Positions 8,123 through 17,373 of a DNA stretch of 64,000 bases are shown piece after piece; position 1 is the stretch's first letter; the number at the start of each line of letters is the position of its first letter. Source of the DNA: an uncultured delta proteobacterium (GTDB taxonomy: Bacteria > Myxococcota_A > Polyangia > Polyangiales > B10-G4). The notes below the pieces were generated by a model. The model saw only the letters and a program-made list of their open reading frames with translations. It made no database searches and had not been told where the DNA came from. The stretch spans positions 96,001-160,000 of the forward strand of contig CAVSGI010000027.1 of the NCBI GenBank assembly GCA_963727445.1, in the 5' to 3' direction. The translations under genes were made by a program, and so were the position numbers.

Positions 8123-9846
8123 AGCGCGCCCTGCCCTTGGCCTTGCTCTCGATAGCGGCCGTCCCGGCCACGGCGTCGGCGCAGATGGACGTGGTCGAGC
8201 AGGCGGTGACCGTGGACGTGACCGGAGAGCTCGAGATCGTGATTGACGCGACGGTCGCGCTCACCGCAGCGACGAGCACCCTCTACCTCTCCGCGTTCCT
8301 CACGGACGCCCAACAGATCACGGTGGACGGCGAGCCCGCCACGCTCACGCCCTACCCCGACTTTCCGCAGTACGCCTCCGTCGTCACTCTTCCGGTGGCC
8401 CGGGACGCGGGCGAAACGCTCGCCTTTCACGTCGTCCTGCGCGGCGCTCCACACTGCAATGTAGGCGCGCCCCCCGGCGCCGCGTGGTGCTGGCATTCGG
8501 AGCGCGAGACGATCCTCCCAGGCGGCGGCGCCGGACACGCGTGGTATCTCGAGAATCTCATCGAGAGCGATCCCTTCACCGGCCACATCGAGGTGCTGGC
8601 CCCGACGGGCCACGAGGTCCGCGCCGCACAGAACGCGCCGACCGAAGTGAGCACCGAAGGCGCGGTCACGCGGACGCGCTTCGAGATCTCGCGCCCCACC
8701 ACGCTGGTGCCGCTCTATGCAGGGGACGCCTCCGTCGCGAGCGGCGAGGGCTTCGACTTCGACGTCCTCTACCATCCCGAGCGGGACGACGCGGCGAAGG
8801 TCGCGCGGATGGCGCAGCTCGGCGCCGAGGTCTACCCCCTCTACGGCGAGCTCTTCGGTGTGCTGCCCACCGACCGCGCGCAGGTGGTTCTGGTACCGCG
8901 GACCTTCGGTGCAGGGGGCATGGGGCTCATGGGCAATCCGTTCATCGCCGAGTACGTGGTCGGCGACTACGACTACCTCCTGGTCCAGGGCACGGCGCAC
9001 GAGCTCGCGCACTCGTGGTGGGCGGGGGTCGCGTCGGCACCCGACCCGGTGGAGGCGCCCTTCCTTCAGGAAGGGTTCGCCGAGTACTCCGCGTGGCTGG
9101 CGCTCGGCGACCTCTACGGCGCCCAGACCCGCCTCTCGGGCAACCGAATGAACGCCACCTTCTACATGTATCGCCGCCCCGACGGCGTCGATGTCGCCAT
9201 CCTCGATCCGAGCGGCGCCGATTCCCCGGCGTATCTCCACGCCATGTACCACAAGGGCTCCCAGGTGTTGCGCATGCTCGAGGCGCGCGTGGGGCGCGAC
9301 GCTTTTCTCGACGCCCTGGTCGGGCTCGTCGCGCGCGGACCGAACGAGCTGTCGGTGCGCGCGCTCCACGACGAGCTCTTGCGGGCGAGCGGTGAGGACC
9401 TCGCCCCGATCATGGATCAGTGGCTGCGCGGCACCGGCTATCCGGTCCTGACCGCGAGCGCCACCGACCTCGCGGTGGACGGGGACTGGCTGCTTCGCGT
9501 CACGGTGCGCGACACCTGGGGCGACGGTCGGGTCGTCGAGGAGAGCGTCGACCTCACCACCGGTACCGCCCCCCTCGACCCCCATCCCGAGGCCGTGCTG
9601 CGCGAGATCGATCCGGCGTGGACCTTCGCCCGCGAGGTGCGCCCCGCGACGCCTGGGGACGTGACCTTCGACGGGACGGTGGACGCCGCCGATCTGATCG
9701 CCGTCGCGCTGAGGAGCGGCACCGAGCTCCCCGTGGAGCGGCGGCGCGATGGGGGCTACGACCCGCTCTTCGATCTCGATGGCGACTTCCGCGTGGATCG
9801 GGCGGACGTGATGGCGGCGGCAGCGCGCGCGACCGCCGCACCTTAG
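8119..9846 (+). CDS. Secreted M1-family (gluzincin) metallopeptidase with C-terminal dockerin-like domain
   Basis: Signal peptide MKRALPLALLSIAAVPATASA; HELAH...EGFAEY; YHKG; C-terminal GDVTFDGTVDAADL...DLDGDFRVDRADV; ATGA overlap with upstream gene. Confidence 0.85.
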   Translation: MKRALPLALLSIAAVPATASAQMDVVEQAVTVDVTGELEIVIDATVALTAATSTLYLSAFLTDAQQITVDGEPATLTPYPDFPQYASVVTLPVARDAGETLAFHVVLRGAPHCNVGAPPGAAWCWHSERETILPGGGAGHAWYLENLIESDPFTGHIEVLAPTGHEVRAAQNAPTEVSTEGAVTRTRFEISRPTTLVPLYAGDASVASGEGFDFDVLYHPERDDAAKVARMAQLGAEVYPLYGELFGVLPTDRAQVVLVPRTFGAGGMGLMGNPFIAEYVVGDYDYLLVQGTAHELAHSWWAGVASAPDPVEAPFLQEGFAEYSAWLALGDLYGAQTRLSGNRMNATFYMYRRPDGVDVAILDPSGADSPAYLHAMYHKGSQVLRMLEARVGRDAFLDALVGLVARGPNELSVRALHDELLRASGEDLAPIMDQWLRGTGYPVLTASATDLAVDGDWLLRVTVRDTWGDGRVVEESVDLTTGTAPLDPHPEAVLREIDPAWTFAREVRPATPGDVTFDGTVDAADLIAVALRSGTELPVERRRDGGYDPLFDLDGDFRVDRADVMAAAARATAAP

Positions 9847-9857
9847 GCGGCCGTTAG

Positions 9858-9891
9858 CGGATGCACGCCTCGCCCGCCGGGCGTGCATCCG
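9858..9891. terminator. Perfect 12-bp stem hairpin after peptidase gene (possible terminator or mRNA stabiliser)
   Basis: CGGATGCACGCC / GGCGTGCATCCG inverted repeat; no U-tract. Confidence 0.4.
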
Positions 9892-9955
9892 GCGCCAACC
9901 GCGCCCGAAATGACTGCGGGTTCGCCTCGCACGTGGGTTGCACTCTCTTCGGCGC

Positions 9956-10780
9956 ATGAACGAGCTGGCGCTGTCCACGAGCCCCACGCCGACCCTGGCC
10001 CTCCGCCGCTGGTCCCGCCCCGACGGCCCAGCCCGCGCATACCCAGAGAACGCCCATCCCACCTGGGAGGTCGCTCGGGTGACCCGGGGCCTCGCCCGCT
10101 ACGACGCCGGCCGCGCACATTTCGATGTCGGGCCGGGCGCCACCATCCTGGTCCCCGCCGAGGTCGGCCACGTGACGACCTTCGAAGGCGCCGCCGTCGC
10201 CACCTCGCTTCAGATCTCAGCGGCACGCTTCGAGGGGATCGCCCGGGCCGCGCATCTCGACCCCTCCGGCGACCCGATGGTCTTCGCGCCGAGCGACGCG
10301 CGCGCCGAGCGGCTGGACCGCCTCTTTCAGCTCATCTCCGACGAGGTCGCGCGCGCAGACGCGGGCAGCGCGCTCGCGATCGACGCGCTCGGTGAAGCGT
10401 TGGTCGTCGAGGCCCTGCGGGGAAGCGAGCGCGCGACCGAACGCCTCGATCTCGACCCGCGGATCGCGCGGGCCATCGAGCTGGTGCAGTCGTGCTTCGC
10501 CGATCCGCTCTCCGTCGACGACCTCGCGCGCGCGGCCGCGATGAGCCGCTTCCACTTCAGCCGCTGCTTTCGCGCGCAGGTCGGCCTCAGCCCCTATCAG
10601 TACGTGCAGAAGATCCGTGTCGAGCGCGCGGCGCTCATGCTGAGCCGTGGCCGAACGGTCTCGCAAGCCGCGCTCGACGTCGGCTTCTCGGATCTCAGCC
10701 GCTTCGCGCGCGCCTTCCGGCGTCACCTCGGTTGCACGCCCAACGAATGGGCGAGTCGCGAAGACAGGCGATGCGCCTGA
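9956..10780 (+). CDS. AraC-family transcriptional regulator (cupin + HTH)
   Basis: ENAHPTWEV cupin; LSVDDLARAAAMSRFHFSRCFRAQVGLSPYQY...VGFSDLSRFARAFRRHLGCTP. Confidence 0.9.
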   Translation: MNELALSTSPTPTLALRRWSRPDGPARAYPENAHPTWEVARVTRGLARYDAGRAHFDVGPGATILVPAEVGHVTTFEGAAVATSLQISAARFEGIARAAHLDPSGDPMVFAPSDARAERLDRLFQLISDEVARADAGSALAIDALGEALVVEALRGSERATERLDLDPRIARAIELVQSCFADPLSVDDLARAAAMSRFHFSRCFRAQVGLSPYQYVQKIRVERAALMLSRGRTVSQAALDVGFSDLSRFARAFRRHLGCTPNEWASREDRRCA

Positions 10781-10793
10781 GGCCGGCGTGCTC

Positions 10794-11969
10794 TCAGGCC
10801 GCGCCCGGCGCCTGGCAGAAGCCTTCGTAGTCGATGTACTCGGTCACCGTCGGCGAATCGCCGCAGACCGGGCACTCGCTGTCGCGTCGCAACTTCAGCG
10901 TGCGGAAGTTCATCTTCAGGCTGTCGTAGGTGAGGAGCCGCCCCACGAGGGGGTCGCCCTGGTCCAGGAGGATCTTGATCGCCTCGGTGGCCTGGATGGT
11001 GCCGATCACGCCGGGCAGGATCCCCAGCACGCCGGCCTCGGCGCAGCTCGGCGCGAGATGCGGCGGCGGCGGCTCGGGATAGAGGCAGCGGTAGCACGGC
11101 CCCTTCTTCGGCCAGAACGTCGTGACCTGTCCGTCGAAGCGGAAGATCGATCCGTGCACCACCGGGATGTCCTTCCAGACGCTGGCGTCGTTGACCAGGT
11201 AGCGCGTGGGGAAGTTGTCGAGGCCGTCGACGATCACGTCCCAGCCGTGATCGAAGATGCGGTCGACGTTGGCGCTGGTCAGGCGCTCGTCGAAGGTCAC
11301 GATCTCGACGTCGGGGTTCAGGTTGGAGAGGGTCTTCCTCGCGCTCTCCACCTTGGACGTACCCACGCGGTCTTCGCCGTGCATGACCTGCCGCTGCAGG
11401 TTCGACACGTCGACGGCGTCGTTGTCGACGATGCCGAGCTTGCCCACGCCAGCCGCCGCGAGGTAGAGCGCCGCGGGAGAGCCCAGACCGCCCGCGCCCA
11501 GGAGCAGGACACGGCCCTCGAGAAGCTGCTTCTGTCCCTTCTCGCCGACCTCGGGCAAGAGGATGTGTCGCGAGTAGCGGTTCAGCTGGGTGTCGCTGAG
11601 CTGGACGGGAACCTCGACCGGGTAGCCCTTGTCCTTCCAGTTGCCGTAGCCGGGATTCGCTGACTCGACGTGGGTGTAGCCGAGCTGGGCGAGCGCCTGG
11701 GCGGCGAAGGCGCTGCGGATGCCTCCGGCGCAGTAGAGGACGATGGTGGCGTCCTTGTCCGGGAGCCGGCTCTCCGCCTGCATCTCCAGAAAGCCACGTG
11801 GCAGGTGCAGCGAGTCAGGGATGAACCCCTGGCGCCGCTCGTCCTTCTCGCGTACGTCCACTAGGGTGAGCTCTTCACCGGCGTCGATCCTGGCCTTGAG
11901 GTCCTCGAGCGACACCAACCGGACGCTGCCCTTCACCTCTTGCAAGAGGTCTGAGTACGTCTTCGACAT
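10794..11969 (-). CDS. moeB: MoeB/ThiF adenylyltransferase with N-terminal rhodanese domain
   Basis: DVRE..E and YCAGGIRS rhodanese; RYSRHILL, GAGGLGSP, SNLQRQ, CYRC, CPVC. Confidence 0.9.
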   Translation of the reverse strand: MSKTYSDLLQEVKGSVRLVSLEDLKARIDAGEELTLVDVREKDERRQGFIPDSLHLPRGFLEMQAESRLPDKDATIVLYCAGGIRSAFAAQALAQLGYTHVESANPGYGNWKDKGYPVEVPVQLSDTQLNRYSRHILLPEVGEKGQKQLLEGRVLLLGAGGLGSPAALYLAAAGVGKLGIVDNDAVDVSNLQRQVMHGEDRVGTSKVESARKTLSNLNPDVEIVTFDERLTSANVDRIFDHGWDVIVDGLDNFPTRYLVNDASVWKDIPVVHGSIFRFDGQVTTFWPKKGPCYRCLYPEPPPPHLAPSCAEAGVLGILPGVIGTIQATEAIKILLDQGDPLVGRLLTYDSLKMNFRTLKLRRDSECPVCGDSPTVTEYIDYEGFCQAPGAA

Positions 11970-11998
11970 GGCTTCTCCTACAAATCGGGTATGGAACT

Positions 11999-14152
11999 AT
12001 GGGAATTGAATTCCTGAGCGTCAAGCGTTCCCGGGCATTTACGAGCATTGCTCTAATTGCCGCATCGTTTTTGTCAGGAATTTCTCTTCTCAGCTGTGGG
12101 GAGGATGACGCCCCGCCCGCCGAGGCGCTCTTCGTCCTGCCCCGAGAAGGGGTCGAGCAGGGCTTCTTCGACCTCCCCTGGCCAACGGACATCCGGATGA
12201 CCGGAGACGGCTTCATCGATGTCCGAGACTTCCCCAACCCACGAGGGCCCTCCTCGACCCTGGGCATGTACCTCGAGGTCATCTCGACCCACCTCAGGGG
12301 CTACAGCAACAACGGCCACGCGTACCTGCGCTTCTCCGCCCCCGTCGACACAGACACCCTGCCCGCCGACGCCGCCGCCAGCCTCGAAGACTCCGCGGCG
12401 GTCTTCCTCCTCGACCTCGAGACGGGACAGCGCCACCCCGCCACCGTCGCCTATCAGGACGAGGCGACCATCTACTGGCCGGAGCACACCATCGCCATTC
12501 GGCCGGTCTGGGGACGACCCCTCGCGCCGAGCCGACGCTATGCAGCGGTGGTCACCACCGGCGTCGAGCCCGCGGGCGGCGGCGCGTTCCTGCGCTCCAC
12601 CGATCTCAGCGACCTCATCGACGGCGGGGGCGACGCGACCGTCGCAGCAGCCCGCGAAATCTACGGCGACGCCCTCGACGCGATCGAGGCGGCGGGCGTG
12701 ACGCGCGACGACATCCTCTCGCTCGCGGTCTTCACCACCCAGGACCCGGTGAGCGAGCTGGCGGCCATGCGCGACTGGATCGTCGACTCGTACACCGAGC
12801 CCGAAGCGATGGACATGGCGTGGCGTTGGATCCGAAACGAGCCGGATGAAGGCGACTACTACACGCGGATCGAGGGCGCTTACTACCCGGCCCCCAACTT
12901 CCAGACCGGCCCTGCGCCCTACGACGAGATGGGGAGCGGAGAGATCGTGGTGCAGGACGGCGCACCGGTGGTCGCCGAGGAGTTCGCGGCTCGCTTCATG
13001 CTCACCGTCCCGAACACGCCGATGCCGCCCGACGGATACCCCATCGTTCTCTATGCGCACGGCACCGGCGGCGACTACGAGTCCTTCGTCAGCAGCAAGG
13101 TGGGCATCCTCCTCGCGCAATCGGGCTACGCGGTCATGGGCATCGACCAGGTGCTCCACGGCGACCGCAACCCCACGACCACCGCACCGGACCTGCTCTT
13201 CTTCAACTTCCTCAACCCCATGGCGGCGCGCGACAACAACCGCCAGGCCGCGCTGGACGTGGTTCAGCAGTCGCGATTCGCCGCGACGGTGGAGGTCCCG
13301 GAACGGATCATCGGCACGGGGGGTGCGCCGCTGCGCCACTTCGATCCCGACCGGATCTACGTCTACGGTCACAGCCAGGGCGGGCTCAACATGCCGCTCT
13401 TTCTCGCCGTGGACGACAGCGCCAAGGGCGGCTACCTCAGCGGAGCCGGCGGCCTGCTCTCGATCTCCGTCATCGAGAAGACCGAGCCCCTCTCCATCGC
13501 CTCGGCGGTGCAGCTCTTCCTGGTGCTCCCGGGCTCGACGCCCGCCGCGGCCCTCGAGGCGGAGTCCTTCAACTATGCGCACCCCGTGCTCTCGCTCCTG
13601 CAGACCTGGATCGAAGTGAGCGACGGCGTGAACTACGGGCGCATGATCTTCGACGAGCCGCGTGAGGGCTTCGCGCCGAAGAGCGTCTTCATGACTGGCG
13701 GCCAGGACGACCCGTACACCAGCGCGCACGCCAACGCCGCCCTGGCGGCGGGCACCCGCGTGCCGCTGATCAACCCGGTGGTCAACACCATCGAAGCCAA
13801 CGACGTCAGCGGCATCACCCCGGTCACCGCGCCGGTGATGGGCAACGTCGCCGGCGGTCAGGCGACCGCGGGCCTACAGCAGTACCCCATGGAGGGGCAC
13901 TTCGTCGGCTTCACCAACGAGCCTTTGCGCCAGCGCATCCGGAGCTTCTTCGCCAGCTTCGAAGACGGCATACCCACCATCCCGGCGGTCGACATGGTCA
14001 TCCCGCCGCTCGACGCCGGGATGGAGATGATGGACGGCGGCGCCGACGCGTCGATGGACGCGGGCGCCGATGCCGCCATGGACGCGGGCGCCGGGGACGC
14101 GATGATGACCGACGCCATGATGATGGACGGCGGCATCCCCGACGGCGGCTGA
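11999..14152 (+). CDS. Lipoprotein alpha/beta hydrolase (lipase-like) with N-terminal Ig-like region and Met/Asp/Ala/Gly tail
   Basis: LLSC lipobox; YAHGTGG, GHSQG nucleophile elbow, GQDD and GH as candidate triad; start codon uncertain. Confidence 0.75.
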   Translation: MGIEFLSVKRSRAFTSIALIAASFLSGISLLSCGEDDAPPAEALFVLPREGVEQGFFDLPWPTDIRMTGDGFIDVRDFPNPRGPSSTLGMYLEVISTHLRGYSNNGHAYLRFSAPVDTDTLPADAAASLEDSAAVFLLDLETGQRHPATVAYQDEATIYWPEHTIAIRPVWGRPLAPSRRYAAVVTTGVEPAGGGAFLRSTDLSDLIDGGGDATVAAAREIYGDALDAIEAAGVTRDDILSLAVFTTQDPVSELAAMRDWIVDSYTEPEAMDMAWRWIRNEPDEGDYYTRIEGAYYPAPNFQTGPAPYDEMGSGEIVVQDGAPVVAEEFAARFMLTVPNTPMPPDGYPIVLYAHGTGGDYESFVSSKVGILLAQSGYAVMGIDQVLHGDRNPTTTAPDLLFFNFLNPMAARDNNRQAALDVVQQSRFAATVEVPERIIGTGGAPLRHFDPDRIYVYGHSQGGLNMPLFLAVDDSAKGGYLSGAGGLLSISVIEKTEPLSIASAVQLFLVLPGSTPAAALEAESFNYAHPVLSLLQTWIEVSDGVNYGRMIFDEPREGFAPKSVFMTGGQDDPYTSAHANAALAAGTRVPLINPVVNTIEANDVSGITPVTAPVMGNVAGGQATAGLQQYPMEGHFVGFTNEPLRQRIRSFFASFEDGIPTIPAVDMVIPPLDAGMEMMDGGADASMDAGADAAMDAGAGDAMMTDAMMMDGGIPDGG

Positions 14153-14633
14153 GGGGACCGAGGGGACGCTAGATTGACAATTGACTTACGCCCCCCAGAG
14201 CCTTTCCGACTCCTGCCGCCCGCCTCTGTGGCGTAAGTCAATTGTCACTCTAGCGTCCCCCGACCCGTCTGGCGTAAGTCAATTGTCAATCTAGCGTCCC
14301 CGACAGGAGGATCCGTCATCCCGCCGCTCGACGCCGGGATGGAGATGATGGACGGCGGCGCCGACGCGTCGATGGACGCGGGCGCCGATGCCGCCATGGA
14401 CGCGGGCGCCGGGGACGCGATGATGACCGACGCCATGATAGATGGACGGCGGCATCCCCGATGGCGGCTGAGGGGACCGAGGGGACGCTAGATTGACAAT
14501 TGACTTACGCCCCCCAGAGCCTTTCCGACTCCTGCCGCCCGCCTCTGTGGCGTAAGTCAATTGTCACTCTAGCGTCCCCCGACCCGTCTGGCGTAAGTCA
14601 ATTGTCAATCTAGCGTCCCCGACAGGAGGATCC
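13997..14633. repeat. Direct tandem duplication of a 318/319-bp unit (13997-14314; 14315-14633) spanning the 3' ends of two convergent genes
   Basis: Unit GTCATCCCGCCGCTCGACG...GACAGGAGGATCC repeated nearly identically (1-nt indel, about 1 substitution). Confidence 0.95.
14162..14620. repeat. Six copies of 31-bp REP-like element GGGGACGCTAGATTGACAATTGACTTACGCC (one forward and two reverse per duplicated unit)
   Basis: Forward 14162-14192; reverse 14230-14260 and 14271-14301; same trio about 319 bp downstream. Confidence 0.85.
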
Positions 14634-15588
14634 GGTGGCGTACGTGGTCGTCCACGTTGCGGCCGGTGAGGACCAGGACCACGGCGTCATCACCTTCGAG
14701 CGCGTCGAGATGCGTGCGTGCCCAGGCGATGACGGTGGCGGCGCTGCCTTCGACGGTGACGCCGAGGCTCTCCTCGGCGAAGCGCATCGCCTCGGCGATG
14801 GCCTCCTCCGAGACCGTGTCGATCCGCTCCACCGCGTCGCGCACCAGCGCGAAGCTCGCCTTCGACACGCCGCCTTCGAGGCCCTCGGCGAGGGTCTCGC
14901 CGTCGGCCTCCATCGCCTCGATCGCTTCGCCCTTCTCGATCGAGCGCTTCATCGCCGGACACGCCTCGCTCTGCACGCCGAAGAGCTTCACGGTGTCGCG
15001 CCCAGCGGCGGCCCGCGCCGCCGCGAGGCCCGCCATCAGTCCTCCGCCCCCCACGGGCGCGACGACGGCGTCCACCTTCGCGAGCTGAGCGAAGATCTCC
15101 GCGCCGAGGGTCCCACCGTTCCCGGCCGCGACCCACGGGTCGTCGAAGGGCGAAACGAAGACCGCGCCGAGCTCCTCCGCAGCCTTTCGCGCTTCGGCCT
15201 CCGCCTCGTCGTAGCCCGCGCCAGAGGACACGATCACGTGCGCGCCGCGCCCCGCGATCCCGTCGCGCTTCACGAGCGGGGCCGTCTTGGGCACGTACAC
15301 CCGCGCGCCAATCCCCAGCCGCGACGCCGCCTCGGCGACGCCGAGACCGTGGTTTCCCGCCGACGCCGCGACCACACCGAGGCGCCGCTCCGCCGGGGTG
15401 AGGCTCGCGAGCTTCGCGATGGCCCCGCGAAACTTGAAGGAGCCGGTGCGCTGGTCGGTCTCGAGCTTCAGCCAGGCGCGCGCGCCGAGCTTCGGGGCCG
15501 GGACCAGCGGCGTCACGAGGGCGTGCTTGCCGACGACGTGCGCGGCGCGCTCGAGGTGCTCCGCGTCGATGGTCCAGTTCGTTTCCAT
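14605..15588 (-). CDS. PLP-dependent threonine/serine dehydratase (catabolic type, no ACT domain)
   Basis: LKLE..QRTGSFKFRGA, ASAGNHG, VGGGGL, EGS, TGRN motifs. Confidence 0.9.
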   Translation of the reverse strand: METNWTIDAEHLERAAHVVGKHALVTPLVPAPKLGARAWLKLETDQRTGSFKFRGAIAKLASLTPAERRLGVVAASAGNHGLGVAEAASRLGIGARVYVPKTAPLVKRDGIAGRGAHVIVSSGAGYDEAEAEARKAAEELGAVFVSPFDDPWVAAGNGGTLGAEIFAQLAKVDAVVAPVGGGGLMAGLAAARAAAGRDTVKLFGVQSEACPAMKRSIEKGEAIEAMEADGETLAEGLEGGVSKASFALVRDAVERIDTVSEEAIAEAMRFAEESLGVTVEGSAATVIAWARTHLDALEGDDAVVLVLTGRNVDDHVRHRILLSGTLD

Positions 15589-15604
15589 GCTCCGAAAATG
15601 CCAC

Positions 15605-15629
15605 GGGCCGGCCCCGAAGGACCGGCCCG
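15605..15629 (-). terminator. GC hairpin downstream of lipoprotein gene
   Basis: CGGGCCGG..CCGAAGG..CCGGCCCG, followed on the minus strand by GGCATTTT. Confidence 0.4.
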
Positions 15630-15651
15630 CCGGCGTGTCGCCCGAGCGCGC

Positions 15652-16287
15652 CTAGAGCGCCAGGTTCGGGTGGCTGGGCGTGACGCTGTCGAGCTCGGAG
15701 ATGCCGAGCTTGTAGGAAGCGTTTTCGCCCTCGGTGTAGCTGCCGACGAAGATCTGGTACGTGCCCGCGGGCGCGCCCTGGATCACGACGACCGGATTGA
15801 GCCCGTCGCCATCGTCGTTGCAGGCGTAGCTGCCGTCGGGCTTATGCACCACGAGGGTGGTGTCCGACTGCGAGTTCGCCATGATGCGCAGATTGCTCAT
15901 CGCAGTCGTCGCCACGAGCAGGTGGTCCGGCGTGCTGTCGATCTGACCCCGGCAGTTGGCGTCGAGGGTCGAGGCATCACGACCCGTGGCGCCCGCACCG
16001 CTCGTCCCCTGCTCCACGTGTGGGTCGGGGGTGAAACCGGTCGCGAGGGTGATCGTCCCGAAGTTCGAGCCCCCAGCTGCCGGGTTGTTGTTTGCCTGAG
16101 CCGCAGCTGCCTGCTGCGCCTGCGCCTGAGCCGCAGCCGCCTGCTGCTGCGCCTGCTGAAGCGCCTGCTGGGCCTGCGCCTGTGCGGCAGCGGCTTGCGC
16201 TTGCGCGTTCGCTTCTTCGTCGTCGTTGCCGCAACCGATTCCCACTGCCATCAGCGCTGCGAGTCCGAGACCCATCAAACCCTTCAT
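15652..16287 (-). CDS. Lipoprotein with Gln/Ala coiled segment and PPC-like domain
   Basis: GIGC lipobox; GFTPDP, C.G.I..PDH, DTTLVV..PDG.Y.CNDD..GLNP, GTYQIFVGSY. Confidence 0.75.
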   Translation of the reverse strand: MKGLMGLGLAALMAVGIGCGNDDEEANAQAQAAAAQAQAQQALQQAQQQAAAAQAQAQQAAAAQANNNPAAGGSNFGTITLATGFTPDPHVEQGTSGAGATGRDASTLDANCRGQIDSTPDHLLVATTAMSNLRIMANSQSDTTLVVHKPDGSYACNDDGDGLNPVVVIQGAPAGTYQIFVGSYTEGENASYKLGISELDSVTPSHPNLAL

Positions 16288-16418
16288 CGTCTCCTCCTAG
16301 CCGTCCCCGGCTTTCCGGGGCCCGCGCATGGTACGAGATACGGGGCCCCGATGTCCCCCCTGTTCCGGCGCTATTGTGAGAAGGCTCGAAACCGCGGGAT
16401 GACGCAGGAAAACGTCGA

Positions 16419-17312
16419 TCAGATGAGCACGGGGACGACCGTGGTGACCCCAGCCCCCCAGAACTGATCCGTACCGGTGTCGGTGGTCACAAGCTCGCCG
16501 GCGCCCGTGTCGCGGTCGATCTCGATGAGCTCGCCTGCGTTCGAGAAACCGTAGAGGACGCGGCCCCAATAGCCGACGCCGAAGAGCTGCGTGAAGTCGC
16601 GCGTCGAGCTCTTGATCGGACCCTTGACCACCACCGTGCTCGAGCCATCGGCGGAGAAGAGGATCTGCACCAGCACGTCCGACGGGAAGTCGTCCCGCTT
16701 CACGGTCGCGAAGGTACCGAGCCCCTCGACCGAGACGATGTCGCCGCTCGAACGCCATCCGTCCGGATAGGAGCCGAGGAGTGTCGCAGCCGCGGTGTCG
16801 CAATCGATGCGGTAGTAGTCGCCCGAGTTGGCGGCGCCGATCAGCACCTCTTCGCTCCCCAGCTCACCCGGCGGGAGGAATGACAGGGCGAAGAGCTGAT
16901 CGCCGAGACCGAAAGAGCCGACCTGCGTGACCTCGGCGGTCCTCGGATCGACGATCCAGAGATCGTCGGCACTCGAGGTGAAGACGTTGCCGTCCGAGTC
17001 GACGGCGAGATCCAGCATGTTGGGAGGCTGCGGCCCTCCCCCCGCGACGTGGAACACGCCGACCGTCTCCACCGTCAGCGTCGCGGGCGAGAAGGTGAAG
17101 AGCGTGTCGCGCGAGTGCGCGTAGATCAGCACGTTCGACAGATCGGGACCGACGTCCCCGGTGTCGGGACGGGGACGGGTGTCGGCGACGACCGTATCGG
17201 GCGCCGCGTCCATCACCATCGCGTCGGGAAACCCGCCACCGTCGATGCGCGTCGAGCGCGTCGAGCACGCGGCGGCGAAGAGGCTGAGAGCCACGACCAG
17301 AGCCCAACGCAT
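16419..17312 (-). CDS. Myxobacterial beta-propeller lipoprotein
   Basis: FAAAC lipobox; IYAHSRDTLF, MLDLAVDSDG, SSGDIVSV, FWGAGVTT. Confidence 0.7.
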   Translation of the reverse strand: MRWALVVALSLFAAACSTRSTRIDGGGFPDAMVMDAAPDTVVADTRPRPDTGDVGPDLSNVLIYAHSRDTLFTFSPATLTVETVGVFHVAGGGPQPPNMLDLAVDSDGNVFTSSADDLWIVDPRTAEVTQVGSFGLGDQLFALSFLPPGELGSEEVLIGAANSGDYYRIDCDTAAATLLGSYPDGWRSSGDIVSVEGLGTFATVKRDDFPSDVLVQILFSADGSSTVVVKGPIKSSTRDFTQLFGVGYWGRVLYGFSNAGELIEIDRDTGAGELVTTDTGTDQFWGAGVTTVVPVLI

Positions 17313-17373
17313 GCGGCTATTTAGCCGACGGAGCGCCGGATCGCCAGCCGAAGATGGGGAGGGGGCCGGGGCT

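Noticed and set aside
6313..9846. Single 1177-aa membrane protein-peptidase fusion
   Set aside because: Produced by a 1-nt indel; the middle part is an out-of-frame shadow of the cohesin gene and the peptidase has its own signal peptide at 8119
10794..11969. E1-like enzyme as part of a CBASS or bacterial ubiquitin-like defence system
   Set aside because: Ordinary rhodanese-MoeB architecture with no neighbouring E2, JAB, ubiquitin-like or cyclase genes
14162..14620. CRISPR array from the 31-bp repeats
   Set aside because: Mixed orientations, gaps of 10, 37 and about 180 bp, duplicated 'spacers', and no cas genes
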